In this document: one piece after another, positions 40,041-49,747 of the stretch
Layout: every line of letters starts with the position of its first letter
Position numbering within the stretch: position 1 is the first letter of the stretch
Assembly: GCA_964402035.1 (NCBI GenBank)
Contig: CAYOAM010000002.1
Location: forward strand, 178,964-242,963
Reading direction: 5' to 3'
DNA: 64,000 bases
Source of the DNA: an uncultured Candidatus Saccharibacteria bacterium
GTDB taxonomy: Bacteria; Patescibacteriota; Minisyncoccia; Phycocordibacterales; UBA918
Notes under the pieces: generated by a model
Database searches by the model: none
What the model was told of the DNA's origin: nothing
The model's input: only the letters and a program-made list of their open reading frames with translations
Position numbers and translations under genes: made by a program

Positions 40041-41114
40041 CTACGTTTTTGAGCGTCGAACTGCCTCAGGCACGTATCGTTCATATCTCCCGTTGGTATA
40101 TCGAAACGCATCACCCGATTTGTATGCATACGTGTATCCACACTGCGCGGTTATTTTTGTCCCTTCCATCACAATCGGGTATGAATAAAATCGCCAACCT
40201 CCCTTTGAGGTCGGTATTTTTCCACGCGTTACGTGCCAAAAGAAAAAGAAAGCCAGACGTACAATCATCGGATGTACGGGTAGTATTTTTTTTCCAACGG
40301 CCGCTGCCATTTCGGGCGCCAAGACAGGCTCTCCCGGCGGTGTGATATTAAAAATCTCGTAGCTCCCTTTGATACGTGCAAAGACAAACATCCGCACAAT
40401 ATCAACAACATCATCTTCGTGAATAAATTGTCGACACCATAGCGGGGTTGCGGGTACCCAAGACACCATTAAAGAGACAAATCGATGTATAAACGATTCC
40501 TTAAGTTGTCCCGAGAGTGCTGATTGTAGTCCAAAACGCACCCGCATAAACCGACCACGTGGACCCGTGATAGCGGCTGGTCGCACAATAAAGACCTGCG
40601 GAATTGCCCCTTTCACCCGTGCTTCTCCCCACATTTTACGCAACCGTTCTTCTACCTCTTTCTTTTCGATAGCATAGAGATACTCTTCATCTCTAAAGCC
40701 TTCATCTTCGGTAAAGCGATGCTCCAGAGTATTGGTGGTATACGCACCGTACGACGATGCAGTAGAAAAATGTATCAGCTTTTTTACCGATGGTTCAGAA
40801 AATGCAAATGCAAACACCGCTTCAGAACCGCTAATATTCCACTTCCATTGTATATCCTTCTGTCCGTACATTTCGCGTATCTGCCACGCTGTGTGAACAA
40901 TAGTATCAGGTGCATATTGCCGGACCATTTCTTGCCATGTCTGATCGGCTAGATTTGCAGTAATCCATATGATGTTTGGTATCGATGTGAGCAAATCGGG
41001 CATTGGCTCCTTATCAATAGCAATAATACGGGAAACGTCAGGGAGCGCAGCAAACTGCTCACACAGCATTGCGCCCACATATCCTGCCCCACCGGTAATA
41101 AGTATCGTTTGCAT
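40041..41114 (-). CDS. NAD-dependent epimerase/dehydratase
   Basis: ITGGAGYVG, YAIEK (YxxxK), QFIHEDD. Confidence 0.88.
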   Translation of the reverse strand: MQTILITGGAGYVGAMLCEQFAALPDVSRIIAIDKEPMPDLLTSIPNIIWITANLADQTWQEMVRQYAPDTIVHTAWQIREMYGQKDIQWKWNISGSEAVFAFAFSEPSVKKLIHFSTASSYGAYTTNTLEHRFTEDEGFRDEEYLYAIEKKEVEERLRKMWGEARVKGAIPQVFIVRPAAITGPRGRFMRVRFGLQSALSGQLKESFIHRFVSLMVSWVPATPLWCRQFIHEDDVVDIVRMFVFARIKGSYEIFNITPPGEPVLAPEMAAAVGKKILPVHPMIVRLAFFFFWHVTRGKIPTSKGGWRFYSYPIVMEGTKITAQCGYTYAYKSGDAFRYTNGRYERYVPEAVRRSKT

Positions 41115-41131
41115 GTGATCTCTATTCTAAC

Positions 41132-42511
41132 TTATCGTAAGCGAATTTCGATACCAAACCTACCAAGTAACGTTTTGATGGTGCGGAGCGCAATGTTGAT
41201 ATCGAGTAGCAGCGATCGATGTTTGATGTAAAAAAGATCATACGCAAGACGCATACGTGTCTCGAGCACCGACTGCGGACTGATATGGCCCGGTGTGTAC
41301 TGCTGATGTGTTTGTGCCCATCCTGTAATTCCCGGCTTGATCAGGGTACGAATCGTATAAAACGGAATTTCTTCAGCAAGGCGAGATGACAAACCATCAA
41401 TGTCATTTCTCGGACCGATAAGCGACATTTCACCGCACAAAATATTCCATACCTGTGGGAGTTCATCAATACTCGTCTTGCGCAAAAAAGCACCCACACG
41501 AGTGATTTTATTTTTACTTTCCCCTAGCCACACCCCATGCTCATTGGTACTCATTGTACGAAATTTATAAACGAGCATCGTCGCATTGAATATGCCCATG
41601 CGTCTTTGTGTGATAAACAGTGGGCCGCCATCTTCAAACTTGATCGCGAGCCACACAAATGGCAATAGTACCAAAAGTCCAACACCGCAGATGACGGCTC
41701 CAACTATATCAAAAACGCGTTTGGAAATATCATAGAGCGGATGTGCACTTCGTGATGCGTATGCCAAAAACCAATCATACTGCAGTAACGACACCGGCAC
41801 ACGATCAAAAATGCTTTCATACATAGTCTGAAGATCTATAAAACGCATCCCTTGATTTGAAAACGTAAGCGTGAAAAAAAGAGGTACGAGAGCTGCAACG
41901 CGTACATTGTGCACATCTGCAACAATAACCGAGATATCCTCTTCGACAATTGTTTCCCGGAAATGCTGCTCAATGTCTTTGGTATCTGCAAGTACACCAA
42001 TATCTACGCTCCGCACAAACTCAAACCCATACCGTCTATTTTTGTTAACTTCATGAACTAATTCGTCAATCTCCTGTCCTTCACCAACAAGGAGTGCCTT
42101 ATGTCTACGTTGTGGTGTTATGTACTCAACAAGATATAATCGCCACAAGAGCAGCAGAGCCGAAGAGACCACAAGATAGATGAGTAAATTCGTTTTTGGG
42201 GTAATCCCAAAATATGGAATAAAAAAGAAAAATACGGCAGCTATCGCACTATTAGCTATCTGCGCATTGAGAATCATCCCCGGCAAGCGCCGCTTCAAAA
42301 AATCAGTATGCTGATCATAGAGTCCTGCGATAAAAAATACGACGACCCACACACCCGTAAGTAGTGTAAAAGGTACAAAATGGCTATAAAAAAGATCATG
42401 GTCAGGGAACGAGAGATAGCGCACCAAGAGCGTGATCCAGAGCGCGAGGAAAAAGACGAAGATATCGCCTAGAAAGAGTAAGCCCGGCTCACTTCGCCCG
42501 TGGTAGTGCAT
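41132..42511 (-). CDS. Polyprenyl-phosphate glycosyl-1-phosphate transferase (WcaJ/WbaP-like)
   Basis: KRVFD, YKFRTM, LRKTSIDELPQ, MSLIGPR, KPGITGWAQ. Confidence 0.93.
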   Translation of the reverse strand: MHYHGRSEPGLLFLGDIFVFFLALWITLLVRYLSFPDHDLFYSHFVPFTLLTGVWVVVFFIAGLYDQHTDFLKRRLPGMILNAQIANSAIAAVFFFFIPYFGITPKTNLLIYLVVSSALLLLWRLYLVEYITPQRRHKALLVGEGQEIDELVHEVNKNRRYGFEFVRSVDIGVLADTKDIEQHFRETIVEEDISVIVADVHNVRVAALVPLFFTLTFSNQGMRFIDLQTMYESIFDRVPVSLLQYDWFLAYASRSAHPLYDISKRVFDIVGAVICGVGLLVLLPFVWLAIKFEDGGPLFITQRRMGIFNATMLVYKFRTMSTNEHGVWLGESKNKITRVGAFLRKTSIDELPQVWNILCGEMSLIGPRNDIDGLSSRLAEEIPFYTIRTLIKPGITGWAQTHQQYTPGHISPQSVLETRMRLAYDLFYIKHRSLLLDINIALRTIKTLLGRFGIEIRLR

Positions 42512-42622
42512 AGTATTGCGCCCATACTACAACAAATAGACCAAGAAACAAGTCACGTAAATCAAGTGTCGTCAAATATCTTACACTGTATTTCACGGGT
42601 TATACTGATAGTAAACACCTCT

Positions 42623-42790
42623 ATGAGAAAGAAAATACTATTCGTCATAACAAAGTCGAACTGTCGGGGTAAAGAAGTGACGGGCTGGACATGCTGGGAG
42701 CATGTCCAGGACCTGGCGAGATTTTTGAATAAAAATCCGCGAGGTATACTGCCTCTGTAAGAGGCACTTCTTTACAAAACAGCGCCCCAG
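42623..42790 (+). pseudogene. Duplicated 5' fragment of the downstream glycosyltransferase, interrupted by a structured insertion
   Basis: MRKKILFVITKSN versus MKKKILFVITKSNWGGAQ at 42829; GCGCCCCAG resumes after the insert. Confidence 0.7.
42669..42775 (+). mobile_element. Structured micro-element with 11-bp terminal IR
   Basis: GTAAAGAAGTG...CACTTCTTTAC; GCCTCTGTAAGAGG is the reverse complement of CCTCTTACAGAGGC in the 5S insert. Confidence 0.7.
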
Positions 42791-42828
42791 TACCTCCAAC
42801 AACAAACCATGGCTATACAAGCGATCAA

Positions 42829-43971
42829 ATGAAAAAGAAAATACTATTTGTAATTACAAAGAGCAACTGGGGCGGCGCCCAGCGCTATGTATTTGATATG
42901 GCAACTGGCCTCGCTCAAAACTATGACGTTTCTGTTGCACTTGGTGGCGAAGGACGACTGGCAGACATGTTGCGCGGTCAAAATATCTCGGTGATACAAA
43001 TCCCCCACTTACAGCGCGATATTAGTATCAAAGAAGAGTGGCGAGCGGCACGCGAATTATTTAAGATATTCCGCAGTGTACGCCCCGATATCGTCCACCT
43101 CAACAGTTCAAAAGCAGCTGGCATCGGGACACTTGTTGCGCGAATCGCACGCGTCCCCCACATCGTCTTTACAGCCCATGCATGGGCGTGGAATGAAGAC
43201 CGACCACTCCACGCACGCATAGCGATTGGACTCTTGCATTGGCTCACCGTACGCTTTGCACACCGAACGATCACAGTTTCACATGCGGTCTACGATCAGA
43301 TGGCTCGCCTACCATTTACCAAACGACGTATGCGCGTGGTGCATCTAGGCATTGCCCCACTTCCACGCATTTCACGCGCCGAAGCACGCGCACGTATGCT
43401 TGAGATATTACCGACCTTAAAAGCAAAAAAGGACGCGGTTTGGATCACCTCAATTGGTGAACTGCATCCCATTAAAGGTTTTAGGTACGCCATCGATGCC
43501 GTGAGTACACACATGCGCGCGCGCCCCGCTGACACGTGCGCGTACATTATTATCGGTGAAGGTGAAGAGCGGTTGCATCTTGAAAAGCGCATACAGGAGC
43601 AGAAACTTTCCGATAGTGTCTTTTTGGCAGGACAGGTGAGTGACGCTGCAGTACTGCTCGCTGCATTCGATATCATGCTCACTCCCTCGCTCTCCGAAGC
43701 GTTTGGTTATGTGGTTCTCGAGGCAGGTGCTGCAAACATACCCATTATTGCAAGCAACGTAGGTGGCATTCCTGAAATTATAGGCAGCGATGGTGGCATG
43801 CTCGTGCCGCCAAGAGATTCTGCTGCCATTGCTGAAGGACTCAACGAACTCATTACTAAACCTTCGCACGGCAGTTCACTCACGCTTTCACTCCATGAAA
43901 AAGTAATGGCCTATTTTACCAGGTCTCGCATGATTGATGAGACAAAGGAGATCTATGACTCATTCGATTAA
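42829..43971 (+). CDS. Glycosyltransferase family 4
   Basis: GGAQRY, HLNSSKA, FTAHAW, PSLSEAFGYVVLEA, GGIPE. Confidence 0.92.
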   Translation: MKKKILFVITKSNWGGAQRYVFDMATGLAQNYDVSVALGGEGRLADMLRGQNISVIQIPHLQRDISIKEEWRAARELFKIFRSVRPDIVHLNSSKAAGIGTLVARIARVPHIVFTAHAWAWNEDRPLHARIAIGLLHWLTVRFAHRTITVSHAVYDQMARLPFTKRRMRVVHLGIAPLPRISRAEARARMLEILPTLKAKKDAVWITSIGELHPIKGFRYAIDAVSTHMRARPADTCAYIIIGEGEERLHLEKRIQEQKLSDSVFLAGQVSDAAVLLAAFDIMLTPSLSEAFGYVVLEAGAANIPIIASNVGGIPEIIGSDGGMLVPPRDSAAIAEGLNELITKPSHGSSLTLSLHEKVMAYFTRSRMIDETKEIYDSFD

Positions 43972-45075
43972 TGACCCCTCTTTGGCCACACGCACTTTTC
44001 GCTTAAGCATACCTATACACATTCCGATACCAATGCATTCCGTGAGCAAATGTGACCCACCGTAGCTCAAAAATGGCACGGTGGTGCCGGTAACCGGCAG
44101 AAGACCGATGTTCATCCCGATGTGCACTGAAAAGTGACTGATAACTAAAATAGCAAAGCCCGCGCAAAAGAGGCGTTCGAAATTGGTCTCCCCTTCCATT
44201 GCGCGTAGCAGTAAACGCCAAATAAATATCCCGAATAAAAGAAACACGAAACTCACACCCACAAACCCCCATTCTTCAGCGAAAGCGGCAAAAATAAAAT
44301 CGGTTTCATATTCGGGCAAAAACTGTAGTTTTGATTGTGTGCCATATCCAATACCCTTGCCCCAGACCTCTCCAGACCCAACAGCAATCGTCGATTGATA
44401 GGCGTTGTAGCCTGTTCCTTGTATATCCGCCAACGGATGCATAAACGTGCGTATACGATCTTTTTGATACTCTGCAAAACCAAAAAACCACAACCCACTA
44501 AACGCGACTGCGCCTAATAGAAATACCAACAATACATGTCGTACTGATATACCTGCAACCAGCACCATACCAAACCAAATAAAGAAAAGAATGATCGCTG
44601 AGCCAAAGTCCGGTTGGATGAATACTAAACCGAAGATAATAAATGCATAGAGCCCCGAAACGAGAATATGCCGAATATCAGCGATTTCGACATGTCGCTT
44701 AGAAAAATATTTAGCTGATACCATTATGAGAATCAACTTTACGGGATCAGCAGGCTGCAACGAAAAAAAACCGAGATCAAAACGACTTTGCGCACCCTTC
44801 ACGATACTTCCAAAAAAAAGAACCAGCACGAGTGAGAGGATGCTCACAACATACAAATAAAAGACAGCATTACCGGTACGCAAGAAACGATAGTCCGGAA
44901 TCGACATCACCACAACAGCGGCATATGAAATAACTATCCAAATAATCTGTTTTATAAAATAGTCATTGTCCCCCACGTACGAATACATGGTCACCAAGCC
45001 CAAGAGTGACAATAGCAGTGGAATACCAAAAAGCCAAAAATCAAAACCCGAGAGCAAAAGCCTGAATGCGCGCAT
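43960..45075 (-). CDS. rodA: SEDS peptidoglycan glycosyltransferase RodA
   Basis: QPDFGS, GYNAYQS..AVGSG, LPEYETDFIF, PVTG...PFLSYGGS. Confidence 0.9.
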   Translation of the reverse strand: MRAFRLLLSGFDFWLFGIPLLLSLLGLVTMYSYVGDNDYFIKQIIWIVISYAAVVVMSIPDYRFLRTGNAVFYLYVVSILSLVLVLFFGSIVKGAQSRFDLGFFSLQPADPVKLILIMVSAKYFSKRHVEIADIRHILVSGLYAFIIFGLVFIQPDFGSAIILFFIWFGMVLVAGISVRHVLLVFLLGAVAFSGLWFFGFAEYQKDRIRTFMHPLADIQGTGYNAYQSTIAVGSGEVWGKGIGYGTQSKLQFLPEYETDFIFAAFAEEWGFVGVSFVFLLFGIFIWRLLLRAMEGETNFERLFCAGFAILVISHFSVHIGMNIGLLPVTGTTVPFLSYGGSHLLTECIGIGMCIGMLKRKVRVAKEGSLIE

Positions 45076-45080
45076 AGTGC

Positions 45081-46454
45081 TTATCTGCCATCGTTGAGAT
45101 CCCCAATAACTTTAGGGACAATGTCAATAACAGCGGGACCATCTTCACAAATCGCGGTACTGATTGATCGATAGATAGCGTCAAGAGACTTCGTATCTGA
45201 TGCAAGATAGCGCAAAGCAGGATCTGTGGCGAGTTCCGTCAAGAACTCCTTGTTAAGGTTGCTGCCAAGCCCGATCGTGAAGACCGTAATACCTGATCGC
45301 TTTGCCGCATCAGCAGCCGTGCGAGCGTACGCTTCACCATCTTCCCCTGGCTCATTTGCTTTTCCATCAGTAAAAAGTACCAGTACCTTCCTGCCGTCTG
45401 CATTGTGTCGGATGGTAGAAAATTCGGTTGTAGCTTGTATGATCGCATCGCCAATATTGGTGCCTCCCCGTTCATCTTTTGGATTGATGCGTAAATTGGT
45501 GATAGCGATACCCATCGCTGTTATATCTTTTGAGAGCGGACGCGCGAGCGCAGCGTTGGTAGCAAACGTGACAACGCCAAGCTGATCACCACTTCGCAAT
45601 CGACCACCAAACGCCGACGCGGCCGTCAAAACTGACGTCACCGGTTGTGGTGGCGTGCCTCCATCATCATTCATGCTTCCTGAGAGATCAATTGCGAGAA
45701 TCACATCTGACGGCACCTCACAACTACGCAATGTTTTCGCAATCGGTTCTGGCCACGAAAACGTCACTTTCTTTTCGACACGCGCTTGGAAAAGCGGTAC
45801 TACCGTGCGCGACGCGGTGAGCGCTGTCCCCTTCGCGTCAAAAATTGTTGCGACAACTTCAACATCTCGCGCGTCTTCAATAGTAGTGTTTTGAATCATT
45901 GCATCCAAGCGTGGCTTACTATCCACGCCTGACAACGCACGATTGGTAATCGTAAACTGATCACGCGCATTTGCAAACGCCTCCCACGCTGGATTTGGCG
46001 TTAGCGTAATAAATGTTTTTATTGGTATTCGATCCCCCGTCTCAATACGCCCTTCGAAAATAGGGTACACACTATCGGGTGGCAAAAAAGTAATACCCCT
46101 TTTTTCAGTGATCACATCCCCTTCCTCGTCGAGGAGCGTAAACGTATACTGCAACGATTTTGTGCCCACAACCTTATTTTGATTTTCAACATACGCTACG
46201 GCATTATAGATTCCTTTTGAAATTTCAAATGATCGACTCCAACGCACCGTTGGTTCAAGTACATCAAAGGGACAAATGAGCACACAGGCACCACCACAAT
46301 CGACGCCACGTTCATCACCGTTGTGTCGTCCATCAAAGCACGTAGGCGATTGATAGAAGAGCATGAAATACAGACCCGTGAGACATACAGCTCCAAACAC
46401 CGATACACCGGTTGCATACTGCACACGTCTCCAAAAAGCCCACGGTCGAAACAT
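45081..46454 (-). CDS. Membrane-anchored von Willebrand factor A domain protein
   Basis: N-terminal TM, Cys-rich CFDG...DCGGAC, MIDAS DLSGS, GTNIG, TDG; start moved to 46454. Confidence 0.85.
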   Translation of the reverse strand: MFRPWAFWRRVQYATGVSVFGAVCLTGLYFMLFYQSPTCFDGRHNGDERGVDCGGACVLICPFDVLEPTVRWSRSFEISKGIYNAVAYVENQNKVVGTKSLQYTFTLLDEEGDVITEKRGITFLPPDSVYPIFEGRIETGDRIPIKTFITLTPNPAWEAFANARDQFTITNRALSGVDSKPRLDAMIQNTTIEDARDVEVVATIFDAKGTALTASRTVVPLFQARVEKKVTFSWPEPIAKTLRSCEVPSDVILAIDLSGSMNDDGGTPPQPVTSVLTAASAFGGRLRSGDQLGVVTFATNAALARPLSKDITAMGIAITNLRINPKDERGGTNIGDAIIQATTEFSTIRHNADGRKVLVLFTDGKANEPGEDGEAYARTAADAAKRSGITVFTIGLGSNLNKEFLTELATDPALRYLASDTKSLDAIYRSISTAICEDGPAVIDIVPKVIGDLNDGR

Positions 46455-46804
46455 ATAGAGACATTGTAGCAAAGAAAAAGCCCGTAGGGGGAACCTACAG
46501 GCAAATAACAAAAACAGAGAGCGCTGTCGAGAGAACAGCGACAGCCTTGGAAAGACCTAAGAGGTACTTTCCGTCACCGCCAAACAGGAAATCTGCCAGT
46601 AGTTTGCGCATGGAAACCTCACACAACCTTTGAAAACTGTTTTATTTTAGCACCTATGAACGACTCCGTCATCAGCAAATTTTATGGCTCAAAGTATGGT
46701 TAAAATATTGTTGCTCTTCACCAATACAAAAAAGCGGTCCTTAGACCACTTTCTCGATACCATAGCTTTTTTTAAAATGTACCGGAGAAAATTGAATGCT
46801 CTAA

Positions 46805-47274
46805 CCTGGCGACTACCTACTCCTCTTACAGAGGCTGTACGCCTTGTCGACATTTTATTTCGGCGTAGCCTCATAAATTGTCTGGCAAGGCCTTGCGAAA
46901 GCACCCCATGCTTTCTCTCCCCTTGCGGAGTACCATCGGCTCAAGTGGGCTGAAGGCGAGCTTGCGCAGCCTTCAGGGCCGGAGTCTTTTTTAGACGAGG
47001 CGGGGTCGCGCACATGTGCCTGTGGCCATGATGCGTGACTAACTTCCGCAACAAAAATAAAATCCTGTAATCTGGCGACTACCTACTCTCCCCCTTGCGG
47101 AGTACCATCGGCTCAAGTGGGCTTAACTTCCGTGTTCGGAATGAGAACGGGTGTGACCCCACCGACAAATCACCAGATTACAAGATTTTATTTTTGATGA
47201 TCATCTAATGATCGGCTGAGAACGTGGTACGGTAGCTCCCCGCGCTACCGTACCCCCTCCGACAAATCACCAGA
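46805..47274 (-). pseudogene. Outer fragmented 5S rRNA copy with four insertions, enclosing the intact 5S gene
   Basis: 5S segments in colinear order at 46805-46822, 46915-46951, 47040-47048, 47212-47224, 47252-47274. Confidence 0.8.
47071..47177 (-). rRNA. rrf: 5S rRNA (intact)
   Basis: CACACCCGTTCTCATTCCGAACACGGAAGTTAAG, GATGGTACT, GAGTAGGTAGTCGCCAG. Confidence 0.95.
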
Positions 47275-47427
47275 TGAGAACATTCAATTTTTGGTACGCT
47301 ACGTGGTTAAAAACCGCTCGCATACAAATTCATATCATATAAGCTTCTACTCCGCAAAACATTTTCAAAAACTAACGCAATGTTCGCATTCCGCGCCACA
47401 TAACAGTCTCTGTTATACAACTCAAAA

Positions 47428-47550
47428 TACTGCGATGTGCAATATTCCTTGCCTTTCAAAGTTTTTCTTTGAAAGCCTTGGCAGTTTAGCATGACACTAA
47501 ACATCACTTATGTAACGCACACAAGCGTACTGCGATGTGCAATATTCCTT
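47428..47550. repeat. 23-bp direct repeat at the 23S 3' boundary
   Basis: TACTGCGATGTGCAATATTCCTT at 47428 and 47528. Confidence 0.85.
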
Positions 47551-47663
47551 ACAGGAACACATTCTATTAGTACACCTCGGCTCCACGCATTTCGGCGCTT
47601 CCACCTGGTGCCTATCAACCTGATAATCTCTCAGGGAATTTAATGATTCTTAATCTTAGAGCT

Positions 47664-47696
<33 letters not shown>

Positions 47697-47838
47697 ATTC
47701 CGAACATAGCTACAGGGCGGTGCCGTTGGCACGACAGCCCTCAGACCAGAGGTTCGTTCATTCCGGTCCTCTCGTACTAGGAACAAATCTCCTCAAGAAT
47801 CGACGCCTGCAGTAGATAGGAGACCAACCTGTCTCACG

Positions 47839-48117
47839 CATCTTGGCTCTCACATTACTGTGAGGATTGGACTATATCTTCTTCCAAACAATTTGGAAGG
47901 TTGACGTTTAGTCTCTACGGGTGCTTATGGGCTTCCCTCGGTATTACCCTTTAACCAAAAAATAAATGGCTAAATTGGGTTCTTCCGATATAGTCAACTT
48001 TACTACAGAACATTGCTGTTCTGTGCCGCCGTACTGATGTCTTTTCGAATATAAGTGGTCACATATATTCTCCCCGGGTTTAGATTGGTTCAGGCAACGA
48101 ATTACTTCGCAACCTGA
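47839..48117 (-). mobile_element. ORF-less group I intron in 23S at U2593
   Basis: Exons rejoin as TTTAGACCGT|CGTGAGACAG; terminal G; GTAGAGACTAAACG and AGATATAGTCCA. Confidence 0.9.
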
Positions 48118-48778
48118 ACGGTCTAAACCCAGCTCACGTAACTTTTTAATTGGCGAACAGCCAAACCCTTGGAAGCTGCTCCACCTCCAGGATAAGTTGA
48201 GCCGACATCGAGGTGCCGAACCGTGCCGTCGCTATGGACGCTTGGGCACGACTAGCCTGTTATCCCCAGGGTAACTTTTATCGGGTAATCTCCGGCCGCA
48301 TCTAACGCGTACCATCGGTTCACTATGCTCCGCTTTCGCGTCTGTTCGGCATCCACGCCTCACAGTCAAGCTGGCTTGTGCCATTACACTATCGACACGG
48401 TTTCCATTCGCGTCTAGCCAACCTTGAGACCCCTCCGTTACTTTTTAGGAGGGTAGCGCCCCACTAAAACTGCCTATCACGCACTGTCTCAGTGTAATTT
48501 TTTTACACTGGTTAGAAACTGCCCCAATAAAGAGTGGTATTTCACTGACGAGTCCACATCTCCCAAAAGAAATGCTTCAACCTCTCCCACCTATTCTACG
48601 CATCACAAGAACAGCCTCAATACGAAATTACAGTAAAGCTCCTGGGGTCTTTTCGTCTAACTGCAGGTACCCGGCATCTTCACCGGGATTGTATTTTCAC
48701 CGAGCAAGCCCTTGAGACAGTTCCCCAGTCATTACGCCATTCGTGCACGTCGGAACTTACCCGACAAGGAATTGCGCT

Positions 48779-48999
48779 CTTCTATTCCTCAAGAAGGACT
48801 CTGTCTTCATCTCAGAAACATTCTGAGCGCGTGACATATGGTCTCTTGTTGGTCACGTATTGACTAAGCGTACATTACTGTACGCAAGGTAGCTTTTTGA
48901 ATGGTCACCATGCGTATCTCGCACATGGGACACTGCGTCCATTTACCAATCCATAATCGTTCCAGTCATTTGATGCACTTCATTTCTGAAACGCACCAA
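48779..48999 (-). mobile_element. ORF-less compact group I intron in 23S at U1931
   Basis: Exons rejoin as CTAAGGT|AGCGCAATTCC; terminal G; AAGAGACCATATG and AAGACAGAGTCC. Confidence 0.85.
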
Positions 49000-49747
49000 A
49001 CCTTAGAACGATTATAGTTATCGCTGACATTGACCGGGGCTTACATAGCCCAGCAATACAGATTGCTCCATATCACCTTCCATGTTTGACCTTCCGGCAT
49101 TGGTCAGGCGTCACCCCCTATACATCCTCTTGCGAGTTCGCAGGGAGCTGTGTTTTTGGTAAACAGTTGCCAGGGAATCTTTCACTGCGGCCTCTCACCT
49201 TGCGGTGAGGAGGCAGGCCTTATCCCGAAGTTACGGCCGCTTTTTTGCCGAGTTCCTTAAGGGCCTCTCACTCGTTCGCCTTGGTCTACTCGACCTGATC
49301 ACCTGTGTCGGTTTGCGGTACGGAACCGTTGTGTATAACGTAGAAGATTTTCTAGGAAGCGCGCTCACTACTTTGACGTACCCGAAAGCACATCTACAGG
49401 CGACGCTCGGATCCGACATTAAAGTCAGAAGTGCGGATTTACCTACACCTCACCCTCACGCTACCAGCGACAATCCAATAAGTCGCAGTAACTACAGCAC
49501 TCCGTCTCTCCATAGAAACACAACCGTGTCATGGAATATTAACCATGTGTCCATCGCCTCCCCCATTCGGGATCGGCTTAGGCCCGACTAACCCTTGGCT
49601 GATCACCATCGCCAAGGAAACCTTGATCTTTCGGCGGGAGGGGCTCTCACCCTCCTTGCGGTTACTTGTGCCGGCATTCTCACTTCTGTACGCTCCACCG
49701 CGGCTCCCGCCTTGGCTTCATCGCAGAACAGAACGCTCTCCTACCAC

